Shown one piece after another: positions 45,955 through 58,822 of a stretch of 64,000 nt of DNA. Every line of letters starts with the position of its first letter. Position 1 is the stretch's first letter. The position numbers were made by a program, and so were the translations under genes. The notes under the pieces were generated by a model. That model was not told the origin of the DNA and searched no databases. It worked only from the letters and a program-made list of their open reading frames with translations. Origin of the DNA: Octopus sinensis (Eukaryota); contig NC_043003.1 in the NCBI RefSeq assembly GCF_006345805.1, forward strand, positions 37,138,001-37,202,000, in the 5' to 3' direction.

Positions 45955-47180
45955 TGATTTGGTGTTGCTACATGGTTTTACTTCACGAATGCTTTTTAGC
46001 AACTGCTATTTGGTGCATGTGAGAGTTCGATGCAGCTGCCCTCATCTGCACCTCCTGCCGTGAAGTTGGTTCATCTGGGATACCTGACAAGAAGAGATCC
46101 AGTTTCATTTTAAAGACATCTGCATCCACCCCATGCAGGTCTATTAGGTTCTTCGGGAGGATATTGAGGAGCTGTGGGCCTCGGAAGCCCAGGCTATCAC
46201 AGTATCTTGTCCTACATCTTGATGGCAAATTTGGAGTCCTAGGCATCACGCAGTGGCGCCCGGTTCTGGCATTTGTGTAACTCTCGATGCCAAAGTTTGG
46301 GACAAGTCCCTCCAGGATCTTCCAGATGTATATTATGGCATATCTTTCTCGCCTACGGTCCAAGGAATAGAGTTTTAATCTCTTGAGTCTTTCCCAGTAG
46401 CTTATATTCTGCACAGAGGATATCTTCTTCGTGTAGCTACGTTGAATCGCCTCAAGTTCTGTGATCAACTTGACACTGGATGGTGACCATAGCTGAGAGC
46501 AATAGTCAAAGTGGCTTAGGACAAGTGTCTTCCAGAGGACCATCATGGTTTCTTGTTCTCTTGTTCTAAAGGTTCTGAGAATCCATCCGGCCAGTCGTCT
46601 ACATTTCATTGCCAATTTAGCAACATGTACACGAAAGGTTGCGTCATCACTCATGTAAATACCCAGGTCACGCACTGATTGTGCCTCTGGGATTGCAATT
46701 CCTCCGGGTCCAGTGTATTCATTGGGTATTGCATTTAGTTTTGCATGCTGATAGTATAAAGCTTGAAACTTTTCAGCATTGAACTGCATGCTATTCTTTT
46801 CAGCCCACTTGTATATTTTGTCCAGCTCACATGCAGGTGTTTAGTGTCCTCAGGGTTCTGTATTGCCTGTGAAACTTTTGTATCATCTGCATAACTTGTG
46901 ATCGTGGCTCTCTGCGTGGCTGAGGGCATGTCTGAGAGGGCCATTATGAACAGTAGTGGTCCCAAAACAGTGCCCTGCGGAACACCGCTCACTATTTGCG
47001 TGTTAATGGAAGTGGCCCCATTGGCTACTACCACCTGACTTCTATCTTTCAGAAAGTCATGAAGCCATTCTCCCAGTTTTCCAACTATGCTAAGATCACG
47101 CAGTTTGTGACATATCATTCCATGATCGACTTTATCAAAGGCCTTTGCAAAGTCGAGATATATCACTTCCACATTTGCAA
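45955..47180 (-). mobile_element. CR1/L2/Jockey-group LINE, 5' truncated, one frameshift
   Basis: VIYLDFAKAFDKVDH, SGVPQGTVLGPLLF, SYADDTK, MQFNAEKF, VRDLG, YCSQLWSP, RRERY (ORFs 46735-47190, 45983-46789). Confidence 0.92.
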
Positions 47181-47639
47181 TGTCCACCACTCCTTATCTG
47201 AAGACCCTGTGTCCAATAAAATAAATAACTATTTAGTTCTATTAATAAGATTTATATGTGCAAATTCTCAAACAATCGGAGAGAGAACAAAAGATAAAAA
47301 CGGTAAGACACTCACTTCCAGAATGGAAGAGAGAACCAGAACAAACAAGAAAATAGGCGATGTGGAGCTCCGTTTGGGATCAACAATGATGCCACTCCTG
47401 AAAGAGTAATGATTCGGGCCAAGAATCTGACAGGCAGAATCACAGGTATGTGGCGCCAGCTGTATTGCGAGAATGTATTGATTACTGGAGAGTTGCCGGA
47501 CTTGGAATGTATAAGACACTCGAATAATAGAATATTGGTAAAATAACAGAAAAATATTACAGTGAGCTGTAGCTTTCTCCAAAACTTATGGTTTTAGGTT
47601 CACGTCTGATATAGTGAACTGAATTTCAGTCGCTGGATA

Positions 47640-47920
47640 GATGGACCAATTAAATTGCTCGGAAAACAGGTTTGGTCAGGATTTCCAAGTGGACAGAAAC
47701 AGGAATGCGGTTACTATTAGAGTAGCATGTCCCGCCTAGAAACTTGGGGTTGAGAGGAAGCTTTCTCTGAAAAGTCGAGTCGAAGTGGGGTAAGTCTACA
47801 TTGCCCCCGTCACAATTTACCGCCTGACTATCGTGCTTTGCCCAGTCCCCGTCTAACCAAATTGGAGACCCTGATCTTTTTCGCTTCCTGTAGAAGCGAT
47901 ACGTTCCACCTGTCATGCAG
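47640..47920 (+). mobile_element. L1/Tx1-like ORF2 post-RT fragment, decayed
   Basis: PIKLLG..FGQDFQVDRN...RKLSLKSRVEV..YIAPVTIYRLTIVLCP, homologous to ORF 2576-3514. Confidence 0.7.
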
Positions 47921-49149
47921 TCCATCTGTTATGAGCATGTAGATTTATATAAAATGGCTGGTGAATATTGTTACTGTGAATTGAACTGCTCTAACCCTGC
48001 ATGGAAAATAAAATTTGAGCGACTGTTTTTTTATGGTCAGAGCGAATTTGGCTCTCTGGAATTCCGTTTTGGCCCCTAGTTAGATGCTATTTTATGTACT
48101 ATATGCATTTCACCTTATATAAAGCCTAGGTTTACATATGGTAGTATACCACTTAAAGCACTTTCAATGTTAATCCACAGTATTGATATAAATTTCATCT
48201 TATATTTTTCTACCATCTACATTTTTATGGAAATCACCACCCAAATTGTAACTTTTGCAATGTCCACCACTCCTTATCTGAAGACCCTGTGTCCAATAAA
48301 ATAAATAACTATTTAGTTCTATTAATAAGAATATATTTAGTTCTAGCAGTGAAAATATACGAAGCATAGTCTTCTTGGTCTGTATACCACACTTAATAGT
48401 AATCGAGTAAAGCTAACCATCAACGGTAAACATGATAATTATGAACGAAAGCAAACCAAAGAAGAGATCTTTGTGATCTCTCAACCTGATAGAAATAGCA
48501 GCAAAACTGCCCTCAAATGTTACCTTATCGTCTGTAAAAATCGGGGACACGTTATGTAAGGTTATCGGAAATACACTGTTTGAAATATAGATGGAATAGT
48601 CACGATTGGAATGACTTTAGTAATAAATGTGTTATCTGAGAGCTCACCTGATTTTACAGAACTTCAACGGCAAATATAAGCAAATATGTCATCATCTTTT
48701 AAGTCTTTTATCTCTGATATATGTTTTACAATATCCTATCAAACTATTTTAAATGGAGTTTATATTTGATATTTATGCATAAATATTAAACAATTTATAC
48801 ACTTATTATTTTATTCTTTGAAGATTTTATTCCCAAAATATTACTACATAGAAAATTATAGAAAAAATTATATCAGAAAATAAACAGTAGTAGTAGTAGT
48901 AGTAGTTACCCCATGGTCGTGGTCAGAAGGTACTGGGTTACGGTATGCATACCAGTGTGTCATAGATATAATGTATTCTTTAGTTTTGTAGATAGTCTTT
49001 ATAGAGATGTTTTTTTCAATAAAAATTAATGGTGGTTATACGACCTGAAATTCGCCAACCTCCGTTTATTTTTATAATGATGCAAAACTGAAACTAAACT
49101 GATCAAATAACGACATAAACGGAACTGAAATTTCAACAAAAATCTCCTC

Positions 49150-52100
49150 AGCTCCTAAGCTGTAGGGTTAATATGCGGTATCAAGCATTACTGGAATGCT
49201 CTCCAGTCACTTCAAATGAGGGATGAAGTAAGAAAATATGGAATATTATTATTAAAAGTAACCTAGTAAATCAAGATCGAATTCTGGTGGGAAGATACAG
49301 ACGGAGGTTTCATCTAGAATGGAGAGAAAAGATGCAACAGAAGAAACTATTCGTTACCTAGCTAGGATGACATGGAAAAATGTACGGTTAACTTTGTTAG
49401 AGTTTCAAGGAAGGTGCTTTTGAATAATGAGTAGACGAATGACGGGGGTGACGAAGAACAAAACAGACAAATAGGTAGTGAATGGTACAGGAGATGTGAT
49501 TGAATTATTAGATAAAAGAATAAAGGGAACTAGTTAGGAAGTACAATATATAGAACGTAATAAAGAATGGTCTTACAATGGTTATTGAGTAACGAAAACA
49601 AAGAATGGTTTATGAATAGCGGTAATGAATTAAGTGAAGATGATCAAGTGATAATAGCACAGATCGATGAAATTATGAAAAAAATGATTAATGATTTTTT
49701 GGGGTACAAAACTTGCAAAAATATTAGAAAAGTAGATTGAATAATATTACAAAGAAGAGTCATGAGTTATATCATGAGCAATTATGTAAGAGATACAAAC
49801 AATTAGCCAAGAGCCGCAGGTACTTATGCAGGAAAGGAGATTGGACAGAAGGATACAAGGAGGAATAGTAAAAAGAAAAAAAAAACTTTGTTAATAAAGA
49901 AGAAAATTAGGGGATAAAGAGGAAGAAAAGAAAATACATTGATGTTTTGGAAAGAGAAATAAATCAATTGAAATGTATAGGAAAGAATAGAAAACTACTT
50001 AGCAAAGGCCATACAAAGAATGTAAGGAAGAAAGGGGCTAACAATGGTTAGAGAAGAGTTGAAACAAATGATTAGAAAAAAAGCTAATATTAAACTGTAT
50101 GAGCAACAAATAAATTAGTATGGATAAAACCGAATATTCAGTGTATTCCAGACACATTGCACCAAAAGTTAAATAGCAGCATCAGGCATCATAGTTCCAA
50201 CTGCCACCACAAGTCCAATCCTTGTTGGTTGCAGTTTGGTGACTTGTGTGCCTCAGTGTTCCTGAGAGCTATGTTAGTGGAGCGCAAGTTCTTGGTAAGG
50301 CGCTCATCCTGAGATGGTCAAATGATAGAGGGCGGTCAAATATTGACCGCCTCTTTCTATAAGAGAAAAGTGGTTTGTGTAGGAACAACACTGCTTCCTA
50401 GTAAAAAGAAAAACTACAGCACTTTCGATAACAAATCAAAAGCAACGAAACATGAGGAAGTGAAAAAGATACCCCAGAGTCAAGAACAGAGGCAAAATAT
50501 CATCGTGGGCCTAAGTTTCATCGGGAGCGAAAGTCTTAAGTAAGACATGAATGGGTAAATCTTGAAACGGTTTTAAAATGAACTTACAGGAGAGGGACAG
50601 GAACACAATGTGAAACATGATTGGCTAGAAGAATTAAAACAGGAGCAAGTGGTTACAACCCACAATTAGATACAAGGAAATAAAATGGTAGTTAATAAAC
50701 AATACCGAAGAATCTCCAAACTTGAAAGCTTCAGGGCCTAGCGGTCTTCAAAGTTACTGGTTAAAGAAATTGACTCTTTGCAAGAAAGAGTTACTTTACA
50801 GATAGATAACATCTTGAATAAAGATTTGCTGCCTATATGGATAGCATATAGGAAATCATTTTATGTTTGAGATCCGGTATCTCACATTGTTAAGAAGGTT
50901 GAATCAGCTTTATTGAATGAGATTTTGATGGTAAACTGAGTGAATACGAGGGCTGGGTAAAAAGTTCATAGGCGGACCAAGATACCCTCATGGAATGTGA
51001 TCAAATGAGGTTTATTTTTCAACATAGGCCACCTTTCGGCCCACATTCTTCTTGCACCGGTGTTGCAGTGTTTGGATCCCATTAGGGAAGAGGTTTTCAT
51101 CCTGTTGTTCAAAAAAGTCATCAACAACTAATATGATGTCATCATCACTTCGATATTGATTCTAACCAACTGCAGATGAAACGACGTTGGATCTCTTTAA
51201 AACAGGTGAGGTGAGGTGTTTCCACAGCATAAATTGTCTCTTTATCTCTGGCTCTAAGTGATGAAACCAGCACTCATCCTGGGTTAGAAAACGTTGAAGA
51301 GACCCAGCTAGATCTGCCTGAAACAATGTCAGATTTTCCCGTGATGTGATCCGCTTGGTGCACTTTTGATCGGGTGTCAGATGTGACACCCACCGAGCAG
51401 AAACCTTCGTCATGCCAAGTCCATTGGGCTGAGTATTCAGAACTCACTCACATAATATACTAACAGCATTGGCTATTTAATTTATAGTCAATCGCCTACT
51501 TTCCATCACCACGTGGTGAACACGATCAATGTTTTCCTCGGTGACGGCAGTTGCAAGATGTCCAGTCCTTGAGTCATCTTCAAGACTTCCCTTCCCCTCA
51601 TAAATTCAGTTGTCCACCTTTTCACTGTTGATAAAGCTGGAGTGTCGTCGCCTAATGTAGCAACTACGTCAGCATGAACGTCGTTGGTGGTGGTGGGGTG
51701 CTAAACCCTTTCTCTGCAAGTACTTGATAACACCAGAAAACCAATCTTTGTCCATATTCAAGAGAAGTCACTACTACTTACTTTTGAAGTCTTCTTTGAA
51801 GAGTCAAATGTGAGTTTACCTGGAAAGAAACAATGGAACTATTAACAGGAAGAATTTAAATTAATGCACGCACGATTTCACAGCTCTAGCATCACTCTTT
51901 CATAGTCAGCCTATGAACTTTTCAGTCCAATCTTTTACAGTAAATTTACATGAAGAGGATACAAAAAGCACATTAGATTGCTTATTGGAGACTAAATATA
52001 ATCTGGACCGAGTTGATAGTTGTTTCAGCATGCAATGTGATCGAATGGTCGAGCCAAGGAAACCAGACATTGATATTGCCAACACAAACGAAAGACATTA

Positions 52101-52250
52101 TAAAATAATTGATACCGTATCTCTAGGTGGTAACAGAGAGAATGAAAAAGAACAAAAAATGATTGAGAAATACCTACATCTGTAAAGAAATGTTGTGGAG
52201 GTGTGGAGTAAGAAAAATATTGAAATTATGTCAGTAGCAGAGAGTATTGT
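49150..52250 (+). mobile_element. Decayed R4/Dong-like LINE interrupted by a mariner element
   Basis: NLKASGPSGLQSYWLKKLT at ~50720-50775 (WKAPGPDG.Q.YWLK motif). RKPDIDIA..ERHYKIID...EKY at 51940-52185. The 5' boundary is uncertain. Confidence 0.6.
50945..51937 (-). mobile_element. Mariner (Tc1/mariner) DNA transposon, internally deleted, both TIRs present
   Basis: TIRs cgagggctgggtaaaaagttcataggcggac / gtcagcctatgaacttttcagtccaatcttt with TA at both ends. Transposase MDK...STVKRWTTEF...MTKVSARWVSHLTPDQK...RFLTQDECWFHHLEPE..WKH..SP. Confidence 0.9.
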
Positions 52251-52403
52251 TGCTAACTCGGCATCGTCCAGTTCTGGGTTCGAGAACGAAGCGATTTTCT
52301 TTTGTCTATTCCTTATCTTTGATCACCGGTGCTACAGAAACATCCGGGACTTACTACTGTAAGTGTGAGCCCCATTCTCTCTCTATCTGTCTTTTGTCTC
52401 TTT

Positions 52404-52457
<54 letters not shown>

Positions 52458-53886
52458 CCTCACTCTCTCTTCCTCTCTTTCTCTCTCGCTATTTTACTGT
52501 TTATCTATCTTTCTCTCAGTGCCCACGGGAGGGAGCGGTCTTTGTTTTTCACATTCTTCAGGAAAGAAACAATTAACCGGTCTTTGCAAGACACATGTAT
52601 AACATCCTTGCTTTCTGACTTGCACCTCTTCCGTTGCTTTTGTTTTAGCATCCATGAAGAGGGTGGGGCGGTAATGTTTTGTATGTCCATGCTGATGCAT
52701 TCCGACTACGTGTTGTTCTTCGTGGCTTCTGCGCTTACAACTTGCTCATAGTGCACAATAAAGAAAACAACCAGCCAGAAATCTACACAGCAGCCGTTGA
52801 CTCTGATTACCTCCCTTACATACATTGTTAAATGAACCAATAGGCAGGTGTTTTTCGCACTTTGTCCGTTTGTTATTTCACTCCGTCATTTGTTCTTGAA
52901 GACCAAACATACACGCACCTGTATATTCTCCTGCAGTCGGTGAAAGCTACATCTTTTTGTATATCAGCCAGGGCCTCCCTCAGAGTTCCTTTGAGAACAA
53001 TTAAAAACACTCACTGTATTGTTTTTTCTTTCTTTTTCGAAGCCGAATTATGTTTCTTCTCCTCTCCCGTTCCCGGATAAGCGTTTCATGTAAGAAAGCA
53101 TTTGATTTAGTCATATATTTGTGCCATTTCATCTTTTTCTTTGTTAGATGACTCATAATCAATCTTTATTTTTTATTTTTTATTTATTTATATATTTATT
53201 TTTGCTGCTAACGAAATATAGAAGATTTTTTTATTATTACTGTTGGTATTTTTTCCGTTAAGATTTCGAGTGACATTGTTTAAGTGTGTTTTGTACGACG
53301 TACATTTACTACAGAAAATTGCATTTCATCTGCTACTTTTTTTTTGGGGGGGGGGGAGATGTTTGATCTGGTTTACATGTCGTTTGCTTATCTTTTTTAG
53401 TGCAATTTCGAAGAAGTATACTATCTTAGTTGCCATGTTTGAAATACCTGACGACAAAAAAGAAATTTGAGAAGTTAGAGTCCTTTTTTTGTTATTGTTA
53501 ATCGAGGAAAATACCAGTTATAAAAGCCTATCTATGAACATAGATAACACAAAAAATCCTTTTAGTTCAGAATGCAATGCGATTTTTTCAATCACCCGAG
53601 CAATGCGTTGCACGTTTTGCAAAGGCAACAACAACAAAACGCCGTTATCACCGTCAGGTGATAGCGGCGATGACAACGACAACATTGACAACAACTAGAA
53701 GAAGAAGAAGAAGAAGAAGAAGAAGAAGAAGAAGAAGAAGAAGAAGAAGAAGAAGAAGAATGGTTTCAAATGTTGCTACAAGGGCAGCCATTTTGGGGAA
53801 GGGGATGAATCGATTACATCGACCTCTGTGTTTCACTGATACTTAATTTATCGACCCCGAATGGATGAAAGGCAAAGTTGACCAAT

Positions 53887-53953
<67 letters not shown>

Positions 53954-53957
53954 AATA

Positions 53958-54024
<67 letters not shown>

Positions 54025-54054
54025 AAGAAGAAGAAGAAGAAGAAGAAGAATGTT

Positions 54055-54200
54055 AATAATAATACCTAATATCACTGGGGCATTCGGGGTAATAAAGAAA
54101 AGAAACAGAAAAATACATAGACATGATAGCAGGAAAAGCATACTTAAAACAATTGTGGAAAATAATACTGACGGTCAGTGCGCTCATAATGGTCACAATG
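54055..54200 (+). mobile_element. R4/Dong-like LINE extreme 3' fragment next to (TAA)n(AGA)n
   Basis: IIPNITGAFGVIKK matches IIPIIVGALGMIKK of copy C. Confidence 0.6.
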
Positions 54201-54828
54201 TACGTTCGTTGGTTGTTTTAAACATTAATACATCAGATCAGTAATCAAAGCATATCAGCTATGATAGTCTCATCTTGTAAATCATGAACTACCTTGTCCC
54301 AAGTATTTCTTTTTTTAAATCAGATAGCAGACTCAGATCTGCGAGAGATTTAGCTACTATTTCTAGCAACATGTGTGACCACTAGGAGTCACCTTCATCT
54401 GATTATTGTTGTTGCAAATAGTTTAATGAGTTCATAGAAGTAAGTGATAATTTGAAGTTTAATAGATTTGGAAATATCACAGCAATCTGTTCTTGTTTTT
54501 AGTCACTTCTTCAGTAGTAAAGTGATCGAATTTACTATTTATTTGACTTTTCTTGATCAGAAACATTCATCAATGTTTGATTAGTGTGAATAAGACCTCT
54601 TGAGACACAACTCCACTTCTGCCCACACGTACGACGAGAAGATTTATTAGCAATTCACTAATGTGTTAGAATGCAATTAAGCCACGTATGATAAAAAAGA
54701 AATGGTGTTGCTTTTTTTTGTTTTTGTTTTCTGTCAGTAGTATAAAATGAGTCAACCGTTTCATCTAAACCAACAGCTAGATATACAGGAATTTTGAATT
54801 ATACGCAGACGCATACATATACACAAAT

Positions 54829-54862
<34 letters not shown>

Positions 54863-54913
54863 GTATATATGTATCTATGTATATGTATATATATATATAA
54901 TATATATATATAT

Positions 54914-54951
<38 letters not shown>

Positions 54952-55159
54952 CATGTATACATATATATATATGTATATATGCATATATATACACACACAT
55001 ACATACATACATACATACATACATACATACATACATACATACATAAAAGTGTTAAGCTCATCTTGTATATCAGGAACTACAGTGTCCCACGTCTTTTTTT
55101 CTTTTCAAACGATAAACTCGGATCTGAGAGAGATTTACCTGTTATTTCTACCAACTTGA

Positions 55160-55510
55160 GTGACCAGCAGGAGGCACCTTCGTTTGCTTATTGTTGTTGG
55201 AAATAGGCTAACTCGAGGCGATCCAGCGAAGCTACACGAAGAAGATGGGCGCAATGCGACGTATAAACTACTGATAGAGACTGAAAGAGTTAAGACTCTT
55301 CTCCTTTGAACGAAGGCCGGAAAGATATGCAGTACTACACATCTGAAAAATCCTAGAAGAACTTGTGCCAAACTTTGGTATTGTCAGTTACACAAGCAGC
55401 AGAACGAGGCATCACTTCATGGCATCAAAATATTAACATTGTCATCAGGATACAGGAACAGATATTGCAACAGCTCGGGCTTCAAGGGCCTATAGCTCTG
55501 CGATATCCTC
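55160..55510 (+). mobile_element. CR1/L2-like LINE C-terminal fragment, decayed
   Basis: LKELRLFSFERRPERYAVLHI*KILEELVPNFGIVSYT matches LKRLKLYSLDRRRERYAIIYIWKILEGLVPNFGIESYT at 45983-46789. Confidence 0.8.
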
Positions 55511-55533
55511 CCACACATAGACACAAACACATA

Positions 55534-55587
<54 letters not shown>

Positions 55588-55885
55588 CTTTCATACGAAT
55601 ACATAATATTTTCATATTTTCTCATTTCAGATTAAATTCTCAACCTGAAACCCGACATATTTACCTCCCCCTGATGGCAAACTATCATACTTGTAATTGT
55701 ATTTTTACTTCGCTGCATCAAAAGCTATCTGACACAAACCACTTCTAGACTCGAATTGGAGCGAATAAATTGTTATTTTTTCGACTCATTTCTTCTCTTT
55801 GTAATTGTGTATTGGCATTGCTACAGTTTTGTCTCTTGTATCAACAATACATACATGCATACATACAAACAGACATACAGATAGG

Positions 55886-55977
<92 letters not shown>

Positions 55978-55984
55978 GAGATAG

Positions 55985-56130
55985 ATAGATAGATATGTTT
56001 CTTTATTTGCCACACAGGGCTACACACAGACGGGACAGATTACAAAGTAGAGCTTTTCTTTTTGTGGGGGAGAAAAAAGTGGGGTAGGTTTTCGATCAAA
56101 AGGGATCGTAAAAGGGAAAGAAAAAAGTCA
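55985..56130 (-). mobile_element. L1/Tx1-like 3' UTR tail abutting (TATC)n
   Basis: tctgtcccgtctgtgtgtagccctgtgtggcaaataaagaaac resembles the Tx1 3' ends at 2068-2125 and 20056-20120. Confidence 0.55.
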
Positions 56131-56469
56131 ATAGGAATGATAGATAGATACTGAGTTGTAAGGCATGGAATAAAGTACATTTTGTTTGTTTTTAGTGTCA
56201 ATTATGGAAATACGATGAGATATAGAGAAGTATTAGAATAATTTAGAATCATTCTGAAATACCTGTGTATCCAGATGGTTAAAAATGTTGTCCCATTCTA
56301 CAATATTAGGCCTATAAAATATATAGAGTAGGTTTAAACTAATAATGCTAAACGTAAAAATAAAATAATTTATCTGGTTTTACACTTCGATTTTATTATA
56401 TCAAAAGTGATGTTGGTGACTTGAGAGGTTCGTTGAGTCGTCGAACAAAATGCCTTGCGGTATTTGTTC

Positions 56470-56702
56470 AGCGGCGAGCTGGCAGAAACGTTAGCACGCC
56501 GGGCGAAATGCGTAACCGTATTTCGTCTGCCGTTACGTTCTGAGTTCAAATTCTGCCGAGGTCGACTTTGCCTTTCATCCTTTCGGGGTCGATAAATTAA
56601 GTACCAGTTGCACACTGGGGTCGATGTAATCGACTTAATCCGTTTGTCTGTCCTTATTTGTCCCTTCTGTGTTTAGCCCCTTGTGGGTAGTAAAGAAATA
56701 GG
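56470..56702 (+). mobile_element. SINE family A, full-length, with a Tx1-like tail
   Basis: gcggcgagctggcagaaacgttagcacgccgggcgaaatg...gttcaaattctgcc...gtttagccccttgtgggtagtaaagaaata. Confidence 0.9.
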
Positions 56703-57740
56703 TATTTGTTCCAGCCCTTTACGTTCTGATTTCAATTCCGGTTCAGATGAATTTTGCCTTTTATCCTTCCAGGGCCAATAAACTAAAGATCGAGGCAATC
56801 ACTGGGGTCAAAGGTGTCCACAAACACCGTTCCCCTAAAATTAATGGCCTTGTCTCTAAATCAGAAATCATTACATGGCAAAAAAACATTCACTAAACTT
56901 GGCTTAACTGTTCATCCAACCTGATTAATTAGCTGTTAGGCGAAACTTACAATCCCAGTCACAATGACGTATACTACACACAAACACATACACACACGCG
57001 CTCGAGCACATATATCACGTTATCGTCCAGACTATTTGGATGAGGTTATACGTCGCTGATCAAAATGCGCTTCGCATTGTATTAACCTTCGAATGATGCC
57101 ACCTTGCTGACTAAGCAAATTGACCCTACTCCGTTCAGGGTTGCCCATTTACAGACGAGAGGAAATCTTCTTTCGGCATGAAATTAAGGCGTTATTTACC
57201 TTGAGAGGACCTCGCTTATGGACTTATGGTGCAAAAAAGCACTCGCGCTCCTTTTGCTGTTAATCATATTTTTCTTAAGCCGACTGGCTATTCGCGACAT
57301 CGGTGCTTCAATAGACATAAATATTCTAAATATCGTTGACAGGAGATTCCATTTTTTTGTTAAGAGACGTCTTTCATTACTATCATGTCATTGCTGTATG
57401 CCTGAGGAGCAGGGCGAAATTACGTAATCTAGCAATTCCGATGACCCCATGTCAACGATATAAATACGAGTGTTTTAAGCAACTTAGGTCCATCAGCGAA
57501 GTTCTTTCAAAGTAAATAACGCAATATTCAGTGTTTGAACACAACGCTCACGTTGCGTTGCTTATTGGTTAAAACAGTTTCTATTAATTAAGCACACACA
57601 CATATATGTATGTATATGTATATATATATATATATACACGCATATATATATGTATGTATGTATAATAGTAGGGAATATAATTCCAAACTTACCGGGAAAA
57701 TTTTAATTTAGCAATTCTAAATCAAATTTCACGATATATA

Positions 57741-58290
57741 ATGTATGTATATAATTAAGAGAAATAACCTCTGTTAAGCAATTCAATAGCGAAAGACATT
57801 ATCCATATTAAATAGAAAGAAATTAAATATACTATAATAGATATTATTCAAAAAATCAATAAATTAAATAAACATTAAATTGACTACGCGCGTTTCGTGC
57901 CTATATCTTTAAATCGATACTATTAAAATTAATTTGATTTAAAAATATAGCCACACTTCAGGTCTAAAAGAATAAAATTAATGTATGTATCTAACCAATA
58001 AACGTATTGTAACAATAAATAATCTAATAAAATTTAACAATATTAATGAAAAATAAATCATAACTTATTTTATCGAAGAATACGAGTTAATTTTAATAGT
58101 ATCGATTTTATCATTATCGATTTAAAGATATAGTCACGAAACGCGCGTAGACAATTTAATGTTTATTCAATTTACTGATTTTTAGAATAATATTTATTAT
58201 AGTATATTTAAATTTTTTTCTATTTAATATGGATAATGTATTTCACTATTGAATTGCTTAATAGAGGTTATTTCTCTTAATTATATACAT
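57741..58290. repeat. Imperfect AT-rich inverted repeat (~190-200-bp arms, ~150-bp spacer)
   Basis: 57741-57933 vs 58087-58290, e.g. aattgactacgcgcgtttcgtgcctatatctttaaatcgat / atcgatttaaagatatagtcacgaaacgcgcgtagacaatt. Confidence 0.9.
57882..57964 (-). ncRNA. Type I hammerhead ribozyme motif with A9U substitution and a 19-bp stem II
   Basis: gac-CTGAAGT-gtggctatatttttaaatc-(20 nt)-gatttaaagatataggcac-GAAA-C-GCGC-GTA^gtc. Palindromic stem III ACGCGCGT. Confidence 0.6.
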
Positions 58291-58302
58291 GTATGTATAC
58301 TC

Positions 58303-58521
58303 TACTCTTTTACTTGTTTCAGTCATTTGAATGTGGCCATGCTGGAGCACCACCTTTAGTCGAGCAAATCGACCCCAGGACTTATTCTTTGTAAGCCTAG
58401 TACTTCTTTTGTCAGTCTCTTTTGCCGAACTGCTAAATTACGGGGACGTAAACACACCAGCATCGGTTGTCAAGCGATGTTGGGGGGACAAACACAGACA
58501 CACAAACATATACACACACAT

Positions 58522-58557
<36 letters not shown>

Positions 58558-58722
58558 GATTTTGATTTTGATTTTGATTTTTCCAGTTTCAGCTAATGAG
58601 CTGTGGCCATGCTGGGGCACGACAGGCTTCTTTCAGTATCCCTTTACCAAAACCACTCACAAGGCTTTGGTCGTCCCAAGGTGTCACGCAGTGGGATTGA
58701 AGTCGGAACAATGTGGCTCGTA
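58303..58722 (-). mobile_element. SINE family B copy cut by the assembly gap
   Basis: Family B tail and body. The head runs into the Ns. Confidence 0.85.
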
Positions 58723-58822
58723 NNNNNNNNNNNNNNNNNNNNNNNNNNNNNNNNNNNNNNNNNNNNNNNNNNNNNNNNNNNNNNNNNNNNNNNNNNNNNN
58801 NNNNNNNNNNNNNNNNNNNNNN
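58723..58822. other. Assembly gap (100 N)
   Basis: Run of exactly 100 N. Adjacency across it is not guaranteed. Confidence 1.

Noticed and set aside
52494-52760. Short minus-strand ORFs next to a (CT)n tract
   Set aside because: No domain and no paired splice sites. Lengths are within chance expectation.
57190-57430. ORF 57218-57427 (+) looks like a signal peptide with dibasic sites, and the minus strand also has an open frame ending at a donor-like GTAAAT
   Set aside because: Conflicting strands, no recognisable homology and no cysteine or amidation pattern. Cannot be supported.
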